A stretch of 64,000 bases of DNA from an uncultured Acidobacteriota bacterium (GTDB lineage Bacteria > Acidobacteriota > Terriglobia > Terriglobales > Acidobacteriaceae), in the NCBI GenBank assembly GCA_963814745.1, contig CAWFEA010000002.1, positions 2,094-66,093 of the forward strand, read 5' to 3'. Positions 37,412 through 45,468 of this stretch are shown piece after piece. The notes beneath the pieces are model-generated. The model was not told the origin of the DNA. It searched no databases and saw nothing but the letters and a program-made list of their open reading frames with translations. Position numbers and translations under genes: made by a program. Positions within the stretch are counted from its first letter, which is position 1. Each line of letters opens with the position of its first letter.

Positions 37412-38339
37412 ATGCTAAAACAGGAAACCAGGCTTGAGGAGGGCGCGGGCTCAAAGCCAGAACGGGCTGCCGCGGGCCTCTCCCTAAATTTCATGGTCGG
37501 GCACTGGCAAGCTCTGCTCATAGGCCTCGCAGTCTTATTGCTCTATTCGCCCGTTCTGCGAACACTGGTTCAGCAATGGTGGGACGATGCGAATTATTCG
37601 CACGGCTTCCTGGTTCCGGTGTTTTGCGCTTACGTTCTCTGGGAGCGCCGCCGCGAAATATCCGAGGTAGCCCCGAAGCCATCTTCAGCCGGCCTGATCG
37701 TTATCTTGGGATCAATCGCACTGCTATTTCTCGGGTCATTGGGAGCGGAATTGTTTTTGGCGCGGGTTTCCCTGCTGGGAGTCATCGTCGGACTGACGCT
37801 GTTCTTGCATGGGTGGCCCCTGGTAAGGAACGCGGCTTTCCCCCTCGCGGCGCTGCTGCTGATGATTCCGATTCCGGGCGTGATTTACTATCAACTCGTA
37901 TTCCCCTTGCAGCTCCTCGCCTCCCAGTTGGCCGCCGCGGCTTTGCAGGCCAGTCATCTCATGCCGGTTTTCCGCGAAGGAAATATCCTGGTGCTACCCA
38001 GCACCCAGCTCGAAGTGGCCGAGGCTTGCAGCGGCATCCGCTCCCTGATGTCACTGCTCACGATCGCCGTTATTTACGGCTATCTCTCTGAAAACAGGAC
38101 TTGGCTGCGCTGGCTGCTTTGCTTGTTGATTGTCCCGGATCGCGGTCATCAGCAACTCCGCGCGAGTCGTATTCGCGGCCATTGGTTCGGAATACATAGG
38201 CATGTCGGCCGTGGAAGGGACGTCGCACTTCCTGTCGGGGATCTTCCTGTTTCTGCTGTCCATCATGATGCTCATGGCGTGTCACAGCTTGGTGCGGCTG
38301 CTCGTGCGCTGGGGCGCGGGCAAGGAGCGGGCAAAATGA
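37412..38339 (+). pseudogene. xrtA: Exosortase A (XrtA/EpsH), frame-disrupted at about 38134-38138
   Basis: The N-terminal 240 aa contain exosortase motifs (WDDANYSHGFLVP, VAEACSGIRSLMSL with the catalytic Cys). The conserved downstream blocks (P-IAVISNSARVV..., EGTSHFLSGIFLF) are read only in the +1 frame (ORF 38130-38339). The junction lies at the run CCCGG. Confidence 0.8.
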
Positions 38340-38968
38340 CATCACGGCGTTGGTGGATCGCGATGACCGTATTGCTGGCGGCGACGGTCGCCATGGCGAA
38401 GCTTCCCCATGGCAAGGTGACCGAGTTGAGCCAGCCGTTGCAGAACTTGCCGCTGGAGATTCAGGAATGGCACGGCTTCGACCAACCGCTAACGGACCGG
38501 ATTGCGGCGGTTGCAGGCGTGGATTCCTATGTCAGCCGCTTCTACTTCCGGCCCGGGGGCGACAGTGTCGGGCTTTATGTGGGCTTTTACAAGAGCCAGC
38601 AGACGGGAGAAACGGTTCACTCGCCCAAGAATTGTCTTCCCGGCACCGGATGGCAGCCGGTCAAGGCTGCTGAAATCATGCTCCGCACAGGGGACGGACA
38701 CACTTCCCCGGTGAACCTGTATGTCGTTGAAAATGAGCGGGAAAAGCTGCTGGTTCTCTACTGGTATCAGTCTCACGGCCGGATCATTTCCAGCGAGTAC
38801 GCGGCCAAAGTTTACATGGTGATCGATGCCATCCGGCTCGGCCGCACGGACTCGACCCTGGTCAGGGTCACGACCAAGCTTGGGCATGACGAAAACAAAG
38901 CACGGCAGTTGGCCGTGTCTTTTGCCGAACAGGTTATACCCGATTTGGATCAGCTTATACCTCAGTAA
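38336..38968 (+). CDS. epsI: Exosortase-associated EpsI family protein
   Basis: MTSRRWWIAMTVLLAATVAMA anchor and EpsI-type blocks (YVGFYKSQQTGETVHSPKNCLPGTGW, LVLYWYQSHGRIISSEY). ATGA overlap with the restored xrtA stop. Confidence 0.8.
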   Translation: MTSRRWWIAMTVLLAATVAMAKLPHGKVTELSQPLQNLPLEIQEWHGFDQPLTDRIAAVAGVDSYVSRFYFRPGGDSVGLYVGFYKSQQTGETVHSPKNCLPGTGWQPVKAAEIMLRTGDGHTSPVNLYVVENEREKLLVLYWYQSHGRIISSEYAAKVYMVIDAIRLGRTDSTLVRVTTKLGHDENKARQLAVSFAEQVIPDLDQLIPQ

Positions 38969-38990
38969 GCCTCAAGGGAGGGCTACAAAC

Positions 38991-41264
38991 ATGCGTTCAA
39001 GGTGGCTTTGCGCATTGCTGGTTGCCGCACTCTTCGGATTTGCCGCCGGCTGCAAGAAGAATCCGGAAGTGGCGAAAAAGAAATACCTGGAAAGCGGCAA
39101 CGAATACCTGCAGCAGGGCAAATTCCAGGAAGCCCGCCTTCAGTACCGCAACGCCCTGAAGCTCGACCCTCGTTTTGCGGAGGCGTATTACCAGCTCGCT
39201 AAAGCCGACCTGTCGTCCTCCCAGTGGGACGAGGCGTTCGCGGCCCTGCAGCAAACGGTCTCGCTCGATCCCAACCGCCTCGATGCGCGTCTCAACATCG
39301 GCCAGCTCTTCGTCGCCGCCCGTGATTACGACAAAGGCGAGGAAGCGGCCAGGATGATTCTCAAGAAAGACCCGAAAAACACCGCCGCTTACCAGTTGCT
39401 GGGCACGGCGTTGATCGGAAAACAACAAAACGATGCCGCCCACGCGGCTTTCGCAAAAATTGTCGAACTGACGCCTAATGACGCCAATGCATACGTGAAT
39501 CTTGGGCTGGTGGATATTACCTTGCAGCGGTACCCCGATGCCGAGAAGGCTCTGCGCAAAGCCATCGAGGTGAACCCGAAACTTCCTCTGGCATACGCTA
39601 ATCTTGCCAATTACTATCGCCTGCAAAAACAAATGCCGGTGGCCGAGAGCGTGCTCCAGCAAGGCGTGGCCAACAATCCGGACGCTTCGCCGCTGTACTT
39701 TCTCTGGGCGGAAATTCTGAGCGCGGAGAAGAAGACCGCCGAGACGGAGGCGGTGCTGCAGAAGGTGGAAGGGCTGAAAGGCAATTCGCCGGAAGTGGCG
39801 ACCGCGCTGGGCAACTTCTACGCCGGCACCAAGCAGCCCGAGCGTGCGCTGCAGATCTATCAGCGCGCCATCGCCGCCAACGACAAAGATGCGGAGCTGA
39901 AGAATCGTCTAACCGATCTCTACCTCACTACCAACAAGGTCGCCGACGCCAAGCAGCTCAACGATAAAGTACTTGCCGATAATCCCAAAAACGCCATGGC
40001 GCACGTGCTTCGCGCCAGGATCATGATGACCGACGGCAAGCTGGACGACGCCCTGGCCGAGCTCCAGCACCAGGTCGCGGATACGCCGGATCTGGCGATA
40101 GCGCACTACACGCTGGGCCTCGCCCACTGGAGCAAGGGTGAAACCAGCCAGGCGCGATCTGAATTCCAAAGCGCCGTCAAGACTGCGCCCGACATGATTC
40201 AGGCCTGGAAAGCGCTCGCCGAGTTGCATCTCTCGCTTGGCGATATCCAGATTGCGCGCGACTATGCCCAGCACTGCGTTCAGCTCAATCCGGCGTTTCC
40301 CGCCGGCCACTTGCTGCTGGGCACGGCGTTGTTCCGCGCCCACGATAATGCCCATGCCCAGGAACAGTTCACCCTGGCTCAGCGGCTTGATCCATCCGAT
40401 CCCTGGCCTCACGTTCGTATGGCTGAGGTGCTGGCGGCGGCGAAACAAGTGCCGGCGGCGAATAAGGAATACCAGGCCGCGATCGATCTTCAGCCCCATA
40501 ATCAGGAACTTTTCGGCCAATTTCTCGGGTTCCTGCTGAACACCAATCAGGCTGACGCGGCGCTGGCGCGGGCCCGCCAGCGGGCTGCCTCCGAGCCCAA
40601 CTCCGCTCCGGCGCATTATCTGCTCGGCAACGTTCTGTCGCGCCGGCAACAGTACGCCGAAGCCAAGGCCGAAGCGGAAAAGGCAATCGATCTTGACGGC
40701 AATTACTTCCCTGCTTACCTGACGCTGGGCTCGGCTCTCGAGCAACTGCACCAGACCGATGCCGCCATCGCCCGCTATGAAAAAGCGCTCACCCTGCGGC
40801 CGAATTTTCCCCCGTTGGAGACCCTCGTAGGCAATCTCTACCTGGACAAAGGCAACCTGGAGATTGCGCGGAAGCACTATGAGCAGGCGCTGGCGATCAA
40901 CCCGAACTTTGCTATCGCGGCGTCGAATCTGGCCTGGGTCTATACCAAGCAAGGCGGGAATCTGGATGTCGCCCTGGGACTGGCACAAAAGGCTAAGCAA
41001 CTGCTGCCTGAACTCGATTCCATTACCGACACGCTAGCCTGGGTGGAATACAAGAAAGGCAGTTACATCAGTGCCAAGCCGCTGTTGCAAGAGTGCGTGC
41101 GCAAAGCGCCGCAATACGGCACTTATCGCTATCACCTGGGCATGGTCCTGGCGGCCAGCGGCGAGAAGGCAAAGGCCAAATCGGAACTGGAGGCCGCACT
41201 TAAGTTGAAGCTATCCGCGGAGGACGCCTCCGATGCCAGACAGGAGCTGGCAAAACTCAACTGA
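38991..41264 (+). CDS. prsT: PEP-CTERM system TPR-repeat lipoprotein (PrsT-like)
   Basis: Lipoprotein signal MRSRWLCALLVAALFGFAAGC (lipobox) followed by about 20 TPR repeats. It lies immediately downstream of xrtA-epsI, as in described XrtA loci. Confidence 0.8.
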   Translation: MRSRWLCALLVAALFGFAAGCKKNPEVAKKKYLESGNEYLQQGKFQEARLQYRNALKLDPRFAEAYYQLAKADLSSSQWDEAFAALQQTVSLDPNRLDARLNIGQLFVAARDYDKGEEAARMILKKDPKNTAAYQLLGTALIGKQQNDAAHAAFAKIVELTPNDANAYVNLGLVDITLQRYPDAEKALRKAIEVNPKLPLAYANLANYYRLQKQMPVAESVLQQGVANNPDASPLYFLWAEILSAEKKTAETEAVLQKVEGLKGNSPEVATALGNFYAGTKQPERALQIYQRAIAANDKDAELKNRLTDLYLTTNKVADAKQLNDKVLADNPKNAMAHVLRARIMMTDGKLDDALAELQHQVADTPDLAIAHYTLGLAHWSKGETSQARSEFQSAVKTAPDMIQAWKALAELHLSLGDIQIARDYAQHCVQLNPAFPAGHLLLGTALFRAHDNAHAQEQFTLAQRLDPSDPWPHVRMAEVLAAAKQVPAANKEYQAAIDLQPHNQELFGQFLGFLLNTNQADAALARARQRAASEPNSAPAHYLLGNVLSRRQQYAEAKAEAEKAIDLDGNYFPAYLTLGSALEQLHQTDAAIARYEKALTLRPNFPPLETLVGNLYLDKGNLEIARKHYEQALAINPNFAIAASNLAWVYTKQGGNLDVALGLAQKAKQLLPELDSITDTLAWVEYKKGSYISAKPLLQECVRKAPQYGTYRYHLGMVLAASGEKAKAKSELEAALKLKLSAEDASDARQELAKLN

Positions 41265-41661
41265 TAGTTTTTACCCCGGTGTGCAAGCGATTGCACTTTT
41301 AGAACAGGAAAAACATCGGGCACGTCGTGCGAAACACCGGAGAAAGATTTGGCAGACTGACGTAAGTAGCTGCACCTTAGTAACTTGCGAAATCTCCAAA
41401 TCGGGCCAAGAACGGCAATCATCGTGCACTAGATCAGATGTCCTCCCCTTGAGGAAATAAGTCGTGACTGCGAGAACGAGGGCGCGGGTTGCGGCCCATG
41501 GCTGTACGACATTGTTTCCCGGACGACTGGTGGCAACGAGCTTGGTACATTGAGCTATATCGTAGTTAGCGGCGCTGTAATAAGAACGTAGGAGTTGGCA
41601 GTAATGCTGTGCGGAAACAGGCCCTGGGTATCCTCCAGACTTTTGAGAAAAGGAAACTTAT

Positions 41662-42345
41662 ATGCACAAACGGATCTGGCTGTTAACGCTTCTTGGCATT
41701 CTCGCATTCGCCGGCCCGGCTAACGCGATCACTCAAATCGTGCTCGGCGGTGGGGACAACCTGAACAACGTTCAGTTTACCGGCACAAGCAGTGGAGCAA
41801 CGCTCTCCTTCCTCGGAACCTGCGCGGGCAATTCCAACTGCACCACCGGCACGGCATACTTTGGTTCAACTGCCGGCACCTTTGCGATGTGGATCACGGG
41901 CAGCAATCCGACGCTGGTCGGCACTACCACCGGCCTTTCCAGCTACGCGGTTTCGATGAACGGCGGCACGATCAATTTCTTGTTTTCGATGAACGGCGGC
42001 GCCGATACGCTACAGGGAACCCTGTCCTACGTCACGATCGGCAATGCCGGACAGCAAACCCCGAGTCTGAATGGGACATTTACGACCGTGAGCACTACCG
42101 GCAGCACGCTGGGAAGTTTGTGGGGCGTCGGCACCACCAGCGCCGCCGTGTTCACGCTCGATATGGGATCGAATCCTACGGTCAATTCGATTGTCGGCAT
42201 CACTGGCGCTACGACCAACGGAACGCCTTACAGTGGAGACGTGCCTCCGCCTGCCTCGCCCGTGCCCGAGCCAACTACAATCGCCATGCTCGGCTCCGGA
42301 CTGCTGGTGCTGGGCGGTACGCTCAAACGCCGTTTCTTCAGATAG
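41662..42345 (+). CDS. PEP-CTERM sorting-domain protein (G/T/S/N-rich secreted protein)
   Basis: Signal peptide MHKRIWLLTLLGILAFAGPANA. C-terminus PVPEPTTIAMLGSGLLVLGGTLKRRFFR is the PEP motif, a TM helix and an Arg-rich tail. Confidence 0.85.
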   Translation: MHKRIWLLTLLGILAFAGPANAITQIVLGGGDNLNNVQFTGTSSGATLSFLGTCAGNSNCTTGTAYFGSTAGTFAMWITGSNPTLVGTTTGLSSYAVSMNGGTINFLFSMNGGADTLQGTLSYVTIGNAGQQTPSLNGTFTTVSTTGSTLGSLWGVGTTSAAVFTLDMGSNPTVNSIVGITGATTNGTPYSGDVPPPASPVPEPTTIAMLGSGLLVLGGTLKRRFFR

Positions 42346-42374
42346 TTCGCATACTTGCCTCTTCGCTTGTGCAT

Positions 42375-42410
42375 GACGTGCCAGGGTTATTCCTTGGCAC
42401 GTCCTTTATC
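42375..42410 (+). terminator. Hairpin terminator after the PEP-CTERM gene
   Basis: GACGTGCCA(gg)-loop-(ct)TGGCACGTC, a 9-11 bp stem, followed by the T-rich CTTTATCTT. Confidence 0.5.
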
Positions 42411-42850
42411 TTCCGCACCATCTCACTCTTGCCGCGTTGCCCGGATATTCCCCCGGCAAAGCCCCTTCTGAATTGACATAAACCTCTGGCTAAGCAAATT
42501 CACTGCCGTCTCCAGCCACGGCCGTGTATGTCTTTTTCGGGTGCAAGAGATCCCGCCAATTGCAAAGCGAGTCCATAATGCAAGCGCACTGCGGCGGCAC
42601 GCCTAAGTGCGCTGGCGGATACACCGGCTCGAAAACCGCTTCCAATTGATTTGCCACAAGCCTGACTTGCTCGTGCGTCCGAACCGGCACGGGCAGTGCC
42701 TTCGATTGCTTGCGGCGCGCTAAGAACTGTCATGGATCCCAGCACAAACTCAGCTCTGACTAAAGTGCAGAGCACAAAGGTCACGTTACCTCGGTTATGT
42801 GCGCTGTTTACGAGGAGAACCGATAATGCAATTGTGGTGGAGGTTCGGGA

Positions 42851-43726
42851 ATGTTACTCACCTTCTGTCTGATGTTCGGGATTCTGGCAGCAGGAACGGA
42901 TGGAACACCGGCAGGCGCGCCCCTTGAGCCTACCGTACGCATGCTCCGCCCAGCTATACTCCGGGAGAGCAATGCCACCCGCATCGCGGTTCTGCTGACG
43001 CTCATCAACAGCGCGCGAGCCGAAGCCGGATTGCAGCCCGTGCAGTTGGATGACAGGCTGGGGAACGCCGCTACGAACCATGCTCAAGTTATGGCGCAGA
43101 AGGGTAAGCTATCGCATCAATTTCCGGGAGAACCCGACCTTACCGGCAGACTGGCTCCACAGGTTCGCCTCGATCAGGCGGGAGAAAACGTCGTCTACGA
43201 TGTCACTGTTCAAGGCGCGCACGAAGCCTTCATGGGTTCTCCTCTGCACCGCACCAACATACTGAACCGCGCCTATGACAGTGTCGGCATCGGCATCGTG
43301 GAAAATGGCGGGGTTATTTACGTGGTGGAAGATTTTGCTCACCGCGTGCCCGAACTGAAAGACGATGACGCCGCCGAGCGCGTGGCGATGCAATTCAGCA
43401 AGTACCGTCAAAACGCCGGCGCCGGGAACCTGCCTCACGTCGGCAGCGAACGGCTGCAGCAGATGGCTTGCTCGATGGCGCAACACGAATCACTGGACGG
43501 CAAGGCCCCATTTGCGCTGCCTAAAGCCCGCTTCGCCGCATCCTACGCGACCGTGGACCCGGACCAGGTACCATCGAACGTCGCTCGCCTGGCGTCACTG
43601 AATGGCATCGGACACTTCAGCGTGGGCGCCTGCTATGCGCGTACTCCCAAATACCCCACGGGACTGTACTGGGTAACCATCGTGCTGTTTGACGGACGCC
43701 CGCCCACGACAATTGCCTCCCGGTAA
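42851..43726 (+). CDS. CAP/SCP (PR-1-like, YkwD-type) domain secreted protein with an extra C-terminal domain
   Basis: LINSARAEAGLQPVQLDDRL...HAQVMAQKGKLSHQ...GENVVY...HEAFMGSPLHRTNILNRAYDSVGIG matches the CAP-domain signature. An N-terminal hydrophobic leader is present. Confidence 0.75.
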   Translation: MLLTFCLMFGILAAGTDGTPAGAPLEPTVRMLRPAILRESNATRIAVLLTLINSARAEAGLQPVQLDDRLGNAATNHAQVMAQKGKLSHQFPGEPDLTGRLAPQVRLDQAGENVVYDVTVQGAHEAFMGSPLHRTNILNRAYDSVGIGIVENGGVIYVVEDFAHRVPELKDDDAAERVAMQFSKYRQNAGAGNLPHVGSERLQQMACSMAQHESLDGKAPFALPKARFAASYATVDPDQVPSNVARLASLNGIGHFSVGACYARTPKYPTGLYWVTIVLFDGRPPTTIASR

Positions 43727-43890
43727 TTCTCGAATAACTCCGAAACACCATCTCGCTCAGCAACACAAGTCCTCATCAGCCGCGCGCCCAACGGCGGCCG
43801 GCCGACCGTGAGGCCCAAATTGCTAGTCTTTTTCTCGACTCACGCCTTCCCGGAAGCCGCGCGGAAAATAACGCGATCCGTTATTTCCTC

Positions 43891-43919
43891 TTGACGCGAA
43901 TAACGCGGCGCGTTATTCT
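43891..43919 (+). promoter_or_regulatory. Candidate higBA promoter with overlapping palindromic operator
   Basis: TTGACG (43891-43896), a 17-nt spacer, then TATTCT (43914-43919). The spacer and -10 are covered by the perfect palindrome GAATAACGCG-G-CGCGTTATTC (43898-43918). A second inverted repeat, AAATAACG-N5-CGTTATTT, lies at 43866-43886. Confidence 0.45.
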
Positions 43920-43925
43920 GTTCTC

Positions 43926-44204
43926 GTGATCGCGACCTTCAAGGACGCAGAAACAAAAGAGCTTTACGAGACGGGCAAGAGCCGCCGCATCCCTTCCGAA
44001 ATCCAGCGGTCTGCCCTTCGCAAGCTCAAGTACATGAACAATGCGGATTTGAACGATCTGCGAGTCATTCCGGGGAATAGGCTGGAGGCGCTAAGCGGAA
44101 ACAGGGACGGGCAGCACAGCATTCGAATCAACGAGAGATACCGCATCTGCTTCGTGTGGCAAGATGCTCAGTTTCACGATGTTGAAATCGTTGATTATCA
44201 CTAG
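43926..44204 (+). CDS. higB: HigB-type toxin (RelE/ParE superfamily, killer protein)
   Basis: 92 aa. FKDAETKELYETGKSRRIPSEIQRSALRKLKYMNNA...LEALSGNRDGQHSIRINERYRICFVW is the typical HigB/killer-protein pattern. The toxin gene comes first, as in higBA modules. Confidence 0.85.
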   Translation: MIATFKDAETKELYETGKSRRIPSEIQRSALRKLKYMNNADLNDLRVIPGNRLEALSGNRDGQHSIRINERYRICFVWQDAQFHDVEIVDYH

Positions 44205-44207
44205 CAC

Positions 44208-44552
44208 GTGGGACTGGGTTTTGGGAGATCGCCAATGAGATCGAAGGATAAGAAGCGTGTGCCCGCAAACGCGGTGCATCCGGGTGAGGTATTACGCGAG
44301 GAGTTTATGGCGCCGCTGAATTTGACCGCCGCGGAGCTGGCCAGACGCCTGCAGATCCCGGTGCCGCGCGTGAATGACATTGCGCGCGAGCGCCGGGCAA
44401 TTACGGCCGACACGGCGTTGCGCCTGGCCAGGTACTTTGGCAATTCGCCGAACGTCTGGATGGGATTGCAGACCGAGTACGAGTTGAACTTAGCCACCGC
44501 CAACGCGGCAGAGATCAAGAAGATTAAGCCTCATTCGGAGGAGGCGGCCTAG
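44208..44552 (+). CDS. higA: HigA-type antitoxin (XRE-family HTH)
   Basis: VHPGEVLREEFMAPLNLTAAELARRLQIPVPRVNDIARERRAITADTALRLARYFGNSPNVWMGLQ is the HigA family signature. ATG 44235 is an alternative start. Confidence 0.85.
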   Translation: MGLGFGRSPMRSKDKKRVPANAVHPGEVLREEFMAPLNLTAAELARRLQIPVPRVNDIARERRAITADTALRLARYFGNSPNVWMGLQTEYELNLATANAAEIKKIKPHSEEAA

Positions 44553-45367
44553 CAGTACCGAGACCCGGGCTGGGCCTTGCCCTGAACGCATTTTCCAGAT
44601 CATTTGCCGCAGCATGCCGAGCCAAACCTCGGCATCGTCCGGGGATAGACTCAGGCGGCGCACCAGGCGGCGCACTTTTTCCTCCGCCAAAAGGGGCCCT
44701 CACGAGGCGCGCTTTTTTGCGCGATGGAGTGGAAGTCCGCGGCCTCCGCATGCAAGTAGCCGCTCGTGCCGAGCGCCTCGAGCAGCAACGCGGTGATTCG
44801 CTCCAGCACCTCCGAGTTGGCAAGGCTGCCCGCTGGCGGCGGCTGCCCGCTGGCGGCGGTTGCCCGCCGCCGGAATCGCGCACCAACTCATACAGGCAGA
44901 CTGCCACCGCCTGTCCCAGGTTCATCGAGATGTGTTCTTCGCGCGTGGGAATGCGCAGCAGCCAATGGCAGTGGCTCAGATCTTCATTGGACAAGCCGCG
45001 TTTCTCCGAGCCGAACATCAGAGCGACGTTGCCCGAGGAGAGACTGCTGCGGACGAGCTGCGCGCCTTCTTCCAGTCCGCGCAGCGGGTGCTGCAATTCG
45101 CGATGATAGCCCGACGTGGTTCCAACCACCAGCGTGCAGTCGGCTACGGCTTCGGCCACGCTGCGGTACTCTTCAGCACGCGCCAAAAGCGCCGACGGCG
45201 CCGACGGCGGAACGGGCCTCGCGAAACGCCGCTTCGTGCGGATTCACCACCCGCAGGTGGAGAAACCCGAAGTTGCTCATGGCCCGGGCAGCCGCGCCGA
45301 GGTTGAGCGGATTGCGCGTGGCCACGAGCACAACGTAAAGACGACCGGATTCGGCGGGAGCGTGCAA
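44490..45367 (-). pseudogene. trmJ: tRNA (cytidine/uridine-2'-O)-methyltransferase TrmJ (SpoU/TrmH family), disrupted by three frame changes
   Basis: N-terminus LYVVLVATRNPLNLGAAARAMSNFG. Core TLVVGTTSG...VALMFGSEKRGLSNEDL...IPT...SMNLGQAVAVCLYEL. C-terminal region ANSEVLERITALLLEALGTSGYL...EEKVRRLVRRLSLSPDDAEVWLGMLRQM. These are found in four different reading-frame segments. One junction is an exact 17-nt tandem duplication (44824-44840 and 44841-44857). Confidence 0.7.
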
Positions 45368-45468
45368 GCTTGCATTCTACGTCATGCGCGCTCCGGCACC
45401 GCAATTCCAGGAAGCGCCATGCGGGGCGCGGCTTCAGAGGCGCTCTCGGTGCCGGAGAAAATCACGGT

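Noticed and set aside
37412-38968. 518-aa apparent XrtA-EpsI fusion protein
   Set aside because: The linker segment (DRGHQQLRASRIRGHWFGIHRHVGRGRD...) is out-of-frame translation of conserved exosortase sequence. The +1 frame restores the exosortase C-terminus, which ends exactly at the epsI ATG.
41531-41547. TGGCAA-N5-TTGGT upstream of the PEP-CTERM gene
   Set aside because: The -12 position reads GG instead of the near-invariant GC.
44824-44873. Short tandem repeats considered as a possible CRISPR or minisatellite
   Set aside because: There are only two exact 17-nt copies plus one degenerate copy, with no spacers, lying inside a coding region. It is interpreted as a local duplication disrupting trmJ.
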